Positions 36,222 through 48,200 of a stretch of DNA of 64,000 nucleotides are shown in pieces (the stretch's first letter is position 1; every line of letters starts with the position of its first letter). The notes under the pieces are model-generated. The model was not told the DNA's origin and did no database searches. It worked only from the letters and a program-made list of their open reading frames with translations. Source of the DNA: Tubiluchus corallicola. Its lineage: Eukaryota > Animalia > Priapulida. The stretch is taken from assembly GCA_030141605.1 (NCBI GenBank), contig JAQGDQ010000405.1:146528-210527 (forward strand). Reading direction: 5' to 3'. Made by a program: the position numbers and the translations under genes.

Positions 36222-39200
36222 ACCGAAATTAATATATAGATGTTGCGACATTATAGTCTTGAGGTTATTTGAACTTGAAATACTTCTTTAAGAGATGTAG
36301 CAGTTTAGTGTTGCATATCTACACTTGTGAAATTGGTTACAGGTAACCTAGTTATGTTTAGCGCATACTTATCTCTCATTGGTTATTTTAAAAATGCATA
36401 AACACAGGTGATTCCTAAAGGTCGTGGAGAAGTGAATTTCTCGATCTAGCTAGACAGTTGATACTAAAGTCTGTCCACACTGCTCAGTTCGAACATCTCT
36501 AACGAGATTAATTGAGATGTTTTGATTTATACTATTGTGGAACTTCCTCAAATGATATAAACGGAGTAGAAACGGCTCGTTAATATGTTCAATGGAATAC
36601 GGAACTTAATCTAGACTTGTATTGGCGAGACTCCCAGCAAGTTGGCAGACGGAGTCAAGCAAGCTATATCGTCATATCACGAGGAAGCTGTGCTACCGTG
36701 TCAGTGGTGAGGCGAAGAGGTGGCGATCCGTGACGTGAGCTGCCAGCAGCTGTCGGAACTTAGTGGAATGGAACGACGGATGGTATGGTACTGATTGATA
36801 ACACATGGAATGGAATGTTGCAGATACGTTTACAATATGGAGTGATGAAACCATCATCATGGAATGGAAATGGAATAGCGACACAGTTAACACCAAGACT
36901 AGTGTTCTGACGTGGTAAACCCGGTACCGGTATGCTTGTAGCCTCATATACGCTTGTACAGTTTTGCTTTAATGATCTGTGCACAGTTTTTTTTTAATGC
37001 GTATTATATTTGTAATTAAATAAAGCAATTGAATTTAATGCCTAGCTTCTTTAGATTAATTGAGATTGTCAATCTGCAATTTTTCTTAAATACTACATCA
37101 CAACAGTGACGACGATACACGTTAGGGAAATAACACAGAACCCATGACACGTGTTTCTGGAAAATCCGTGTTTCAGCTTATCACATCTTTAATTCGATGG
37201 TTAATAAATATCAATTTCTTTTATGAGGTGCGCTTTCGAGCCTAATTAAATAAATAGGTTCACAATCCTGACAAAAATAATCAAGAAATATATGTGCACC
37301 GTCACAAAATAGTGTCAGAATTGCTGCTCCGTGTTTAATAGTTTCTTGTTTTGTACATTACTCGTTACTGTTGAGATAGTGCGCTCGTGCGAGATAGTAC
37401 AGTTGGCTAGTGCGAATAGTCTTGCTTTTGATATTTCATCAGGTGCATATAGACCTATGCTTCTACAGTGTTTGATATTCGCATGTAATTTAAATCATTA
37501 TTTTGCTACCTGATATCGGCAGTTATCTTTTCTTAATTGAATTATTGACATAGAGTAAACATATCCATCGAGTAACAATCAAATTCTGTTTTTTGCTAAT
37601 TCACATTCTATCTTTTTAGATCTTATTCAGTAGATTGGCACTCCTGTTCCATATTGAGTTTGGCTTCATTGCTTTATAAACCTGGGGGGAAGCCCTATAG
37701 TGCGGTCTGCTGGCACGGAATTTTGCTAAGTGTTTATGCTGCAGCCCTTACCCAAGCAGAACAGTTTTTGCGGTTTTGTAAGCAATTTTGTTTTACATTG
37801 AACAGTACGCATATTGAACTGTACGTGTGGGATTGATGGTTTGATAATTCAAGGTTACTCTCTATGCTTAATTTTAAAAGGGTCGCTCTAGTATATTAGC
37901 ATTGAATTTTTCTGTATTTACCATATTAACATATAGTAGCATGGCCGAGAGGAAGTTTACCATAAGTTGGTTAATGGACCAAACTAAAGAAGAATTGCAA
38001 GTAATCGCTAACGAGTTGTCTTTATTTAATTGATGCAAAGGAAAGGAAGGGGACTTTTTTGAACAAATTTTTTAGGCGGCTGGAGTAGTTGTGCAAAAAG
38101 TAAGTTCAGCAGAGACAGATTCAGATGGCACAGTGCTAGAAAACCCAGCTGATACAAAGGGAATTTACACCATAGGAGGCGCTATAGATGTTGCACTTTC
38201 TGATGAATCTGGTGTGAAGAACAAACAACAACAAACTCAACCCATGCGATGGAAAAGGAGAACCTTCAGCCTACAACTTTGTTAGCCCCAGCGGAAGATG
38301 TGCTTGCCACAACTTGGTTACCTTCCCAAGTACAAGGAACTCTCGTACTTCACCCACCTCTGTTTGACTTACCTAAGCCTGCTAGTGTTAGTCTCAACTC
38401 TCTTTCTGCTGTTGATTCATAGGTTGCAAAATCCTTTTTAATACTACAACAGCAACAGCTCAGATACGAGCATTATAAATGGACCACAAAAGGCGAATGG
38501 TAGAATGGGTGCTTCGTTAGGTCCTGCTTTGAGCGGCAGAGCCGCTCATGCTTTCCAACAATTTGCGGCGGAAGATATACAAAACTACAGTGTCGTGCGC
38601 AAGGCATTGTTGGCAGCGTATATACTTACCCCGAGTGTATATTTGGAATGTTTCCGGGCTATGAAAAAGTTGAACGAGTAGAATTATAAACAATTTTTTC
38701 AAAGACTTGAGAGGGGTGTTAATGATTGGTTAGAAGCCATTGAGGTTACCACATTCCAATGGCTCAGGGAGGCAATGATTATGGAACAAGGTTTATCACG
38801 CATGCCTCGTGATCTAGTAACTTGGTTACGTCGGGAGAATCCTTAGACAATTGCAGAGATGGCAGAAAGTGCTGATCGCTATGTTGCCCCCAATGCACCC
38901 ATGGTGTTGGGGAAGCCAGTCGAATCTCAGCAAAAACAAAGCAAATGGGCTGGTAACCAGACCAGTCGTAATATAGGTAAGAAAAACGCGAATGAGAAAG
39001 GCACAAGCGTAAAAATTATATGTTATACCTGCGGGAAACCTTGTCATAAAAGTACTGCTTGTAGGTCTCGCCTTTCAAATGAGTGCTCTAGCAAAACAAA
39101 AATACTAGTGGTAGGCAGTACTAATGTGAAACCGAGAAAAATGTTACTGTTTTAAAACATAGTACAAATGCTCAAAATTATGAGGTGCCTGAGCATACTT

Positions 39201-42200
39201 TGACATTTTGTTTTTCGGCAACTATTAATGGTATAACTGCCCATGGTCAGCGAGACACGGGTGCCAGCTGGGAGTTTACTAAACTCAAAACTTTTCCATC
39301 CAAACCAGTTTCTAGAAAGACCGCCACAGCAAATAACTTGCATACATAATCATGCTGCCTACTGCGACTTAGCTAAAATTGAAATTATTACACCAAACTT
39401 TTCTGGCTTTTTGATCGTTTGTGTTAAACCTGATTCGCCAATTGATTTTTTACTTTTTAATAACTATGAGTCTGTTTTGCGACCTTTTGGTAAGCAGTCA
39501 AAACATAAAGCTACTGAAATTTCAAATGCAATTAAACATTTGAAAGGTGGTTCACTGCAGCATCCATTGGAAAATCCTGCTTATGTATTAACCTGCTCTA
39601 AAAATGCTCAGCTTAAAATTGATGAAGGATTGCAACCAGAGGTTACGGCAGCAGGTATCCTGCCCTGCTGAACAAGTCGATAGCCTAGAGGTAGGTGACT
39701 CGCCTTTGCAAAAACGTGATTCTCTGTTGAACGTAAGCAGAGAAGAATTAAAAAGAGAGCAACAAGATAAGTCTACGTAATTTATTTGATAATGCCTCAA
39801 CGGAGAAGGAAGCTTGCAAGACAGGTTGAGTCGCTGCTAAAATGTTGAGTTAAAGCGACAAAATTTGCATTTTTGTACTTAATTTCACCCGTGCAAGAAA
39901 ATCAGCTTAGACACTTAACTGATGCACGAGCCTTTGGTCATCTTTTAATGCATTTTGATATAGTAGTTTAAACTACGTTTCTTTGGCTTGTAGCCAAGCT
40001 CTACGCTCTACGTCCAATAAGTAGTCTCATAAATAGAAAATTTTACAAACATAAATGGCTTCTCTTTGATACTTTCATGTATAGTACTATTTGCTTACTT
40101 CACGACCTGTCCAGGGTTCAAGGTAATTTTGTTTTCGTGAAACTATCTACTGTAAACATTTCGCTTGACTTGATGTGTATTTGTGTTTTGAGTTATCCTG
40201 TATAAAATGATAATTCTGATGTGTATAGTGTGAAGCGAATTGAATTCGAGGTTTATTAATTTGTATTTGTGTTTCCATCAAGTCTGGACAGTGTACTTTT
40301 TAAGATTATATTCCAAAATCTTTTGTTTGGGAAGCTTTGTGATAGCGCCCTATCGGACGTACTACTGTCCAAGCTTGACCTTTTATTTTGAATGCGTGCA
40401 CAAGCCAATTAAACACTGCCTTACCTAACAATTTGTATTCTTAACAATTAGATTAATATCAATATGTTGCGACATTGTAGTCTTGAGTTTATTTGAACTT
40501 AAAATACTTCTTTAAGAGATGAAGCAGTTTAGTTTTGTATATGTACAGTTGTAAAATCGGTACAGGTAACCTAGTTATGTTTAGCGCATACTTGTCTCTC
40601 ATTCGTTATTTTAAAAATACATAAACACAGGTGATTCCTATAGGTCGTGGAGAAGTGAATTTCTCGATCTAGCTAGACAGTTGATACTTGGTTTTTGAGC
40701 ATATCGTAACGTGTGTCAGGCACGTCTAAAGTCTGTCCACACTGCTCAGTTCGAACATCTTTAACAAGATTGAGATGTTTTGATTTATACTATTGTGGAA
40801 GTTCCTCAAATGATATAAACGGAGTAGAAACGGCTCGTTAATATGTTCAATGGAATACGGAACTTAATCTAGACTTGTATTGGCGAGACTCCCAGCAAGT
40901 TGGCAGATGGAGTCAAGCAAGCTATATCGTCGTATCACGAGGAAGCTGTAGCTACCGTGTCAGTGGTGAGGCGAAGAGGTGTCGATCTGTGACGTGAGCT
41001 GCCAGCAGCTGTCGGAACTTGGTGGAATCGAACGACGGATCGATAACACATGGAATGGAATGGAATGGAATGTTGTAGATACGTTTACAATATGGAGTGA
41101 TGAAACCATCGTCATGGACTGGAAATGGAATAGCGACGCAGTTAACGCCAAGACTGGAGCTCTGACGTGGTAAACCCGGTACCGGTATGCTTGTAGCCTC
41201 ATATACACTTGTACAGTTTTGCTTTAATGATCTGTGCACAGTTTTTTTTATGTGTATCATATTTGTAATTAAATAAAGTAATTGAATTTAATGCATAGCT
41301 TCTTCAGATTAATTGAGATTGTCAATCAGCAATTTTTCCTAAATACTACATCACAACAGTGGTGACGTTTCACGTTAAGGAAATAATACAGAACCCATAA
41401 CACGTGTTTTAGGAAAATCCGTGTTGCGGCTTATCACATCTTTGATTCGATGGTTAATAAAAATCAATTTCTTTTGTGAGGTGCGCTTTCAAGCCTAATT
41501 AAATAAATAGGTTCACAATCCTGACAAAAATAATCAAGAAATATATGTGCACCGTCACACAAGTTAATACTTCCTTCCCAAGTACCTTACAGAATGCTTG
41601 ACTTAGTGCTTCAGCTTTATCTTGATCGTTGGTCAGAATCATATTGCCTACTTTTAGGACTGCAACACTATCCTTTGTCTTCATTTTGGACCCACGGAAA
41701 GTTTTTGAATCATATTTATGTTTGTAACATGTTTACGTTTAAATTCATATTTAGCTCTGTTAATTGTACTTGTTGTACCCTGCAATTTCTGCTTATACAC
41801 TAAGTAATCATTGTTATTTTGAGAATGCTTATACCTATCCCAAGCTCTGTATTTTGTACTTATACCGATATTTGCAACTCATCACGTTTGTTTAAAACAC
41901 TTCTAATATTTGCGTAAAAATATTTTCACTCCAGTTTTTGCTCTTTTTTACTCTTACTTTTACTCTAGTTTGCTGAAGTGAAGAATGTTTAGGTCTTGTG
42001 CTTAAATTTACAGAATCTTCTAGTGTTAGCCAATTCCTGCTATCAAGTAGCAATAAGTTTAACAAATTCTATAAATATCCAATCACCAAACAGCCTGAAC
42101 AGCAACTGCATGAACATGAGAACAACTGAGTCTTGTGTAAAAACCTAGACTGGTTTTTATGCCCATGACACGTGTTGGCTCATGTTATACGTTTTTCAAT

Positions 42201-45200
42201 CCTACTTTTAGGTATTTACGGACAGAGAGGGAAAGTGATATGACAATAATTGAAGTACAGATGCCTTCTGGCTATGCTTATGATGCATTTAAGCCACTTA
42301 GCTCTCTTGAAGATGATTTCAAGAAAGCTGATTGGAGAGAGGAGCATGGTGTTGTTCAAATCTATCTTGCTAAGGTGTGTATATATTTTAATCAAATTGC
42401 TTGCTAATAAGCAGAGAATTGTAGTCATTCGCCAAGATGCCTCTAGTTAATAGTTACTGCTCAATTCCATTAAGAGTGTTCCAGCATGGTGATTAACATA
42501 TAAGTTGTAACATTTTTGCAAGGTTCTCTAATTCGTACAATGTTTCTCTGGCAGGTTAAGCGTACCGAGGTATGTGGCGAACTTTTAGCTGCTCAAGCAC
42601 AAGATGTTAAATCTGCAGCACCACCATCAGTACATATATTTAGTTATTACCAGACAGGTAAAAACTCTTCATTTTTTCTGCAACATTCATTTTTCAGTGT
42701 CATTTAACACTTGTGACTGTTAAACCTCATTATAACGCTAAATCTTGTGCACGATGTAACAAATGGAAGTCTTTTACTACAGCTACATAATTTATGATGA
42801 AATATTATGGTGCATAAAAATTACACTGCTTTGAAAGCGTGATGGCAATAAAAATTCATTTTGCATTGAGAATCTAGCGTTAGGTGGGTTCTTTTATGAT
42901 ATAGAAGCATTTTTCGAAATACGTTAACAGGTGGTATATACTTTCTATGTTTAAGAATTATTACTGAATGACCTTGCATAATGAACATGTAATTATGTAA
43001 TTGACATTATAATGATGAGGGCGATATAATGAGGTTGGATCCGTACTGTTTGGCACCATACTTAGAAAATTTAAGACTTAAACTGTGCTTAACTATTTGA
43101 AGGTTTGTGCAAATGTTTGTAGATTGAAATTATATAATGTACATAATTTTACTACCATTTGGTAGATGTGCTCCAACTGGAACTCGAGTAAAATATCTTA
43201 CTCTGCATTTAGTGTAAGTACAGATATTCTTAAAATTAGCAAAACCTTGTTGTTTCTGCTAACCCAGACACTTGTACTGGAAGCCATTGCAATTTTTTTA
43301 TCAGTTAGAGTGTTTTGTCACAGTCAGGTATCGATTATTCTTATAGGCCACATAGAAGTCAGAAACTTTCTGTAGGTAGAGCTGAATAAGTATGCACACA
43401 TGTGCTTTCATTCAGTTTAGCCTACACTGAATGAGAGCTGAATAAGCATGCACACGTGTGTTTTCGTTCAGTTTAGCCTACGCTGAATGATCAGAAATGA
43501 CGGAGTAGACAGCTCGGAAATGCAAAAAGGTTTTTCCATAAACTTAGCGAATTGGCTTGTGCTAAATATATTCTAGTCTGCATATGGACTATCTTGTAGC
43601 AGTAATATTTAACATCATAGTCTTTGTTTCATTAAAGCATTTTCGAATTGTATTTTAAATTGGAATATTTTTTAATTACGATGTCTTTAAGTTAGTAGTT
43701 TGCTGTTCTGTAGCTGTAACTATAGTAGAGTGTGATAACGACTAGACCTAGGAGAAACATTTTCTGTTGCACAATCACATAAACAAAGTTTAGCCCATAA
43801 AGAATTATAATTTTCCATAAAAATTTATATTACCTAAATGTTATTTGCTTTAAAAGCTACTTAAACATTCATGGTAAATTCTGATTTTTCTACAAATTGT
43901 TCCAAAGTTAGTACAAGCCACTTACCTAACACTCACATACAATAAAAGTTGAGGATTTATAGGTTAAGATACAAATTACTGCTAATCATACACCCATCAT
44001 TTGCGGGACTGCTTATCAGCACACTAATCTTTCACTAACGGAGTTCCATGAAGAAATGGAAGCGATACAAACCAAAATTAACTTGTGTGGTAAGTCTGCA
44101 TAAGTCTGTTGGAGATTTCAATATTAATTGTTTGCAACATTTTGAAAAACAAAATATTGGTGACTATCTTAATATGATCTACTCATCCCAGTTTACATCA
44201 ATCATTCCCCATCAAACTAGGATAACGTCTCATTCACAAATGCTCATTGATCAGATATATACGAATTGCTTAATCTGGTGTAATTATAAGCCAAGTTGCT
44301 ATCCGTTTCCCAATTTTCTTGATATCTAATCTAAGTCAACAGACATACAAAAAATATGACCAAGCTCACAAAAAGGTTCTTTAGCAAATTTGACACCAGA
44401 TTACAAACACCAAAAATTTCTTAAATGAACTGCAATCCACTTGATGACATTGGTCATACTGACTGACTTCAATGATTATACCTGTCTTGTCCCATTTGGT
44501 AGGATGATCTGCAGTCAGATTTTGAATCCGTACCCTCTCACTCACAACTAGTGAAGGCAGACATTTTGTGTGTTCAGTCCACCGCTCCGATGCTTTCATG
44601 TTCCTGTTACGCAAAACTTCTCAGGCCAGTAGTGATTCCTGGGAAGTGTTGTGAGGTTGGTAGCGACCGGGTATTATAGGAATGAAATACCATATAGGGT
44701 GGCCAAACAGACACTAGGTAGGTGAGAGCTTGGTATCTCTGTCTAGACAGTTTCTATACTGCAGGATTGCTCATTGAAACAAGTCAGTATTAAGGTCTCC
44801 CTGTGGGGGAGGGTTATTATTCATAATCATGCACTTGACGGTATTAAAACCTAATTCTGCTCTACAATTGCTGTGGGGAAAGCTTACCGAGGTGAGGTGA
44901 TGATGGACACACATTGTCTGAATAGAACTGGCATGAATAAAGTAAATTCTGGGCCACCGTCTGAGGCCACTTATTCGGCAATGCCATGACAAAAACTCTG
45001 CAAAGGCAGGCATTAAGCCCAGTGGCCCCGATTGAGGAACGCTCGACAATGGACCAGTTGGAATAACAGTCAACAACAACGAGGCAGTAGACGCCCTTGT
45101 AATGAAAGAAGTCAGCACAGATACACTGAAATGGGTATACTGGCAAAACTGGGTAACGGACGGTGACGCAAGTTGTGAGGGTGCTATATGGTTGCATTCT

Positions 45201-48200
45201 TGGCAACGACTTTGAAGTTCCGATGTGGCTGTAATTATGCCTGGCCTAAATACTGATGATTCTGCAAGAGAAATGTTGGAAGAGATTGGTGCGCTCATCG
45301 AAGTGATTAAGGCACTTTCAACATAAGCATCAGGGAATAATGATGTGCTCTTTATAAAGAATAACACCATCGATGGTGAGGAGGTGTTCCCTGAATTGGT
45401 ACATACTAAGTTTATTGTGGTGTCACTTGTTGTGGCAACTCGGACCATATCCCATGTCATTGATTTGATGTGTGCAAGCCTTGTTGCTGCTGAACATAAT
45501 AGGGATGTCTCAAAGTCATGTAAGTATTTCCTGCCAACGAATACCTTTCAAAAAGAATCTAGGTAGGTTTGGCAAGGTAATGTTAGTGTCCTGTACAGTT
45601 GTAGCAATGTCATCAGGCAAAGGCATATCATCAGCATGGCCAGGGCAAGATGGATGCCGAGAGATGCTATCTGTAAGTCGATGTTTTGCTCCAGTGACAT
45701 GTATGACCTACAGTTTGTGCTGGAGGGTTTTTCCTTCAGATTTCTAAAAGGGATCTGTTGCTGAAGATCTTGAGCAATGGTTTGTGGTTCAGTGCAATAG
45801 TCAGGTTTGTACAACCCAGGACAAAGTATTTAGCCTTTTGAAGGGCATCTGCCACTGCTGGGGCACCTTCAACTGGGCCATACATGATTCTGCTGGTGTT
45901 GTGAAGTGGCTACCAACAAAAGTGATTTTCCACCCAGCATGCAGCAAAAAGGAGTGTTTTTGGAGCCGCCAGAAGCCAATGCCTGCTTTTTGACCAGTCA
46001 GTGGCCAAGCATGTCGGGTGTGTTTTATCAAAGATTCGAACACTGTCTTCTTTCTTCTGCGCAAGGAGTGCCTTGGATTCATTAAAGGTCTCATCCAGTT
46101 GCGCATTCCATGTGAATGGAGTCCCGGGTTTCAGGAGTGCACGGAAGGGAAGCATCCAGTCAGCCATGCTGACAGCATAACTAACTTTGATTATTAGCCC
46201 CAAACCAGGATCGAACACCAACGATGTTTTTTGGGGTGGGAAATTCTAGTATAGCTTGGAATTATTTGCAGCAAGGGCGGGGACACTATTGGGTGTAATT
46301 TCAAATTCTGCAAATACAGCTGTCTTCAGCAAAGACAAACTTGTCGGGATTAAGAGTGATGCCATGATGGCCACGTACGTCAAGCCATTCTACGGCTAGG
46401 AATGAGCTTTCTTTAATTATGGGTGACCAGAGAAGCGTGTCATCAATGCACATTGTGTAATGGAGTACTTGTGACACAATTTCGTCCTAGTGTCTTGAAT
46501 ACCCATCATCTGAAACAACGTGATCCTGTGGGGCTGTTTTGTAGTGTTATTGACCCCTTGGAGTAATAAATGTAGTAAGATGGCAATCCTCTGTACTGTT
46601 TTCTTCACGTTTAGGGCTACATATCTTGCTTGCAGAAATGGTAACTGGTGTGATGGGTTTCTTTTTTGGCAGGAGCCATAAGTCAAACGTTGGCCATTTA
46701 AGCGATCACTAGCATGATCATTATAATTGAGGCCGTATAAAATCCATTACTGCTTTGAACATGAGGGTCTCCGCCTTATAAATTCAATTCACTTTGCTTA
46801 ATTGGTGAGTTTCTGGTGCACGGTAAAAATGGTACAGGTAAGAAAGCCCCTGTAAAAATAGTACAGGAAAAATGGCACAAATGGAAAAATAGGAAAAGTG
46901 GCACACTTGTAAAATATGAATTTAGAGGTAGGGTTACTGTGGAAAATAATTGTTTTAGTTACTTTTACTTCTGGCACGAATGTTATGTTTCAGTGCTATT
47001 TGTTTGATTATTTTTTTATCTGTTACATAGAAGTAAACCTATTAGGCAAAAATCCCTGAACAGATTTCCACCACTAGCTAGGTGGCAGGTGGAAGGCAAA
47101 AAATGTGAATTTGACGCAGATTTTTGCAGAGAGGGAGGGGATGAAAACTTCTAAATGGGGGTCTTTTCACTCATCATTTTTCGCCAAGCTTGACAGAACA
47201 CCACGTGCAAAAACCATTTGTGAAGCACGTCGTGATACCTCAGAAGGAGAGTTATAGCACTTTGGAAAGTGGATGTCTTCGCTAGAAGAATAAAATCCTT
47301 TTTTTATTACAAGACAAACAACTAATTAGCTGCAGGCTCCATTTCGAAAAAGCCACAGGTACCCGAAGACCACCTTTTGACGTAGCGTGTGCCGAAAGGT
47401 GTATGCTAATTTTAAGATAAGTTCATGAAATGTTCATGGGAATAAATACTTTGTTCGTAGTTTTCCTAAATAATATGTGGGTTGTTTTCTTTTCATTGGT
47501 TAACGACATTTTATCCGACTCTCAATAAACAAGTAAAGACATGTAACAACAAATTTAATAAGATTCCAAATATTAAAAAAAAGGAAAACCCTTTCCCCAG
47601 AATACTGGCGATCTACCCAGGTTTTGCTGAGTGTTCACTGGCGGTACAACAGTCCACACTGACAGTCACGGCTTACAGATTTCTTGCATGACAGTGTTGC
47701 ACAGACGACGTTCCCAGACAGAGACAGTAAACAATTTAACGTCTACGTGAAGATAATAGGATTCCCATACGGCGATGGAAACAGCTATCACACTCCTCAA
47801 GTGAAACTGACCACTTTACAGTCTACCATCCCTGTGGTGTTAACCCAGCAAATGGCAATTAGCAGTTGGTGATTTACGAGAGTAATAACATAAGTAGAAG
47901 CATACCGTTACGTCTTTCTGTGATCTGCTAACGTCTCCTGGGGTCTGTGAAACTTGAACCAGAGCTCGGCGACCACATGACATGTCCTGACATCAAACTG
48001 AGACAGGATACAAGATGGCAGGTACTTAACGTGTAGACGTACCTCCGTTTAACACAGAAGGAAAAAACCACTCTCTACTACTAAATGGCATAGAATCGGC
48101 AGGTTTAAATAAATCCAGGTCACACTGCTCACGTGAACGTCTGGCTTCAGTGATTGAACTTTAAGTTAAAGATCGTCCTCTACGACGGAATACTCGTGTA

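Larger units (their letters stand above)
33915..41900 (-). mobile_element. Degraded CR1-group LINE split by the Gypsy element (pieces ~33915-35461 and 41562-~41900)
   Basis: RT fragments ETDLGI, LYKSTVRSILEY and NYRPI; DQDKAEAL. The frame GKEVLT|NIPDMPF is continuous across the insertion site. 3' end abuts a (GT)n microsatellite at ~33872-33922. Confidence 0.85.

Noticed and set aside
36693-41260. Duplicated ORFs at 36693-36984 and 40952-41260
   Set aside because: They are the same LTR sequence seen twice, frames are not conserved between copies, and no domain is recognisable.
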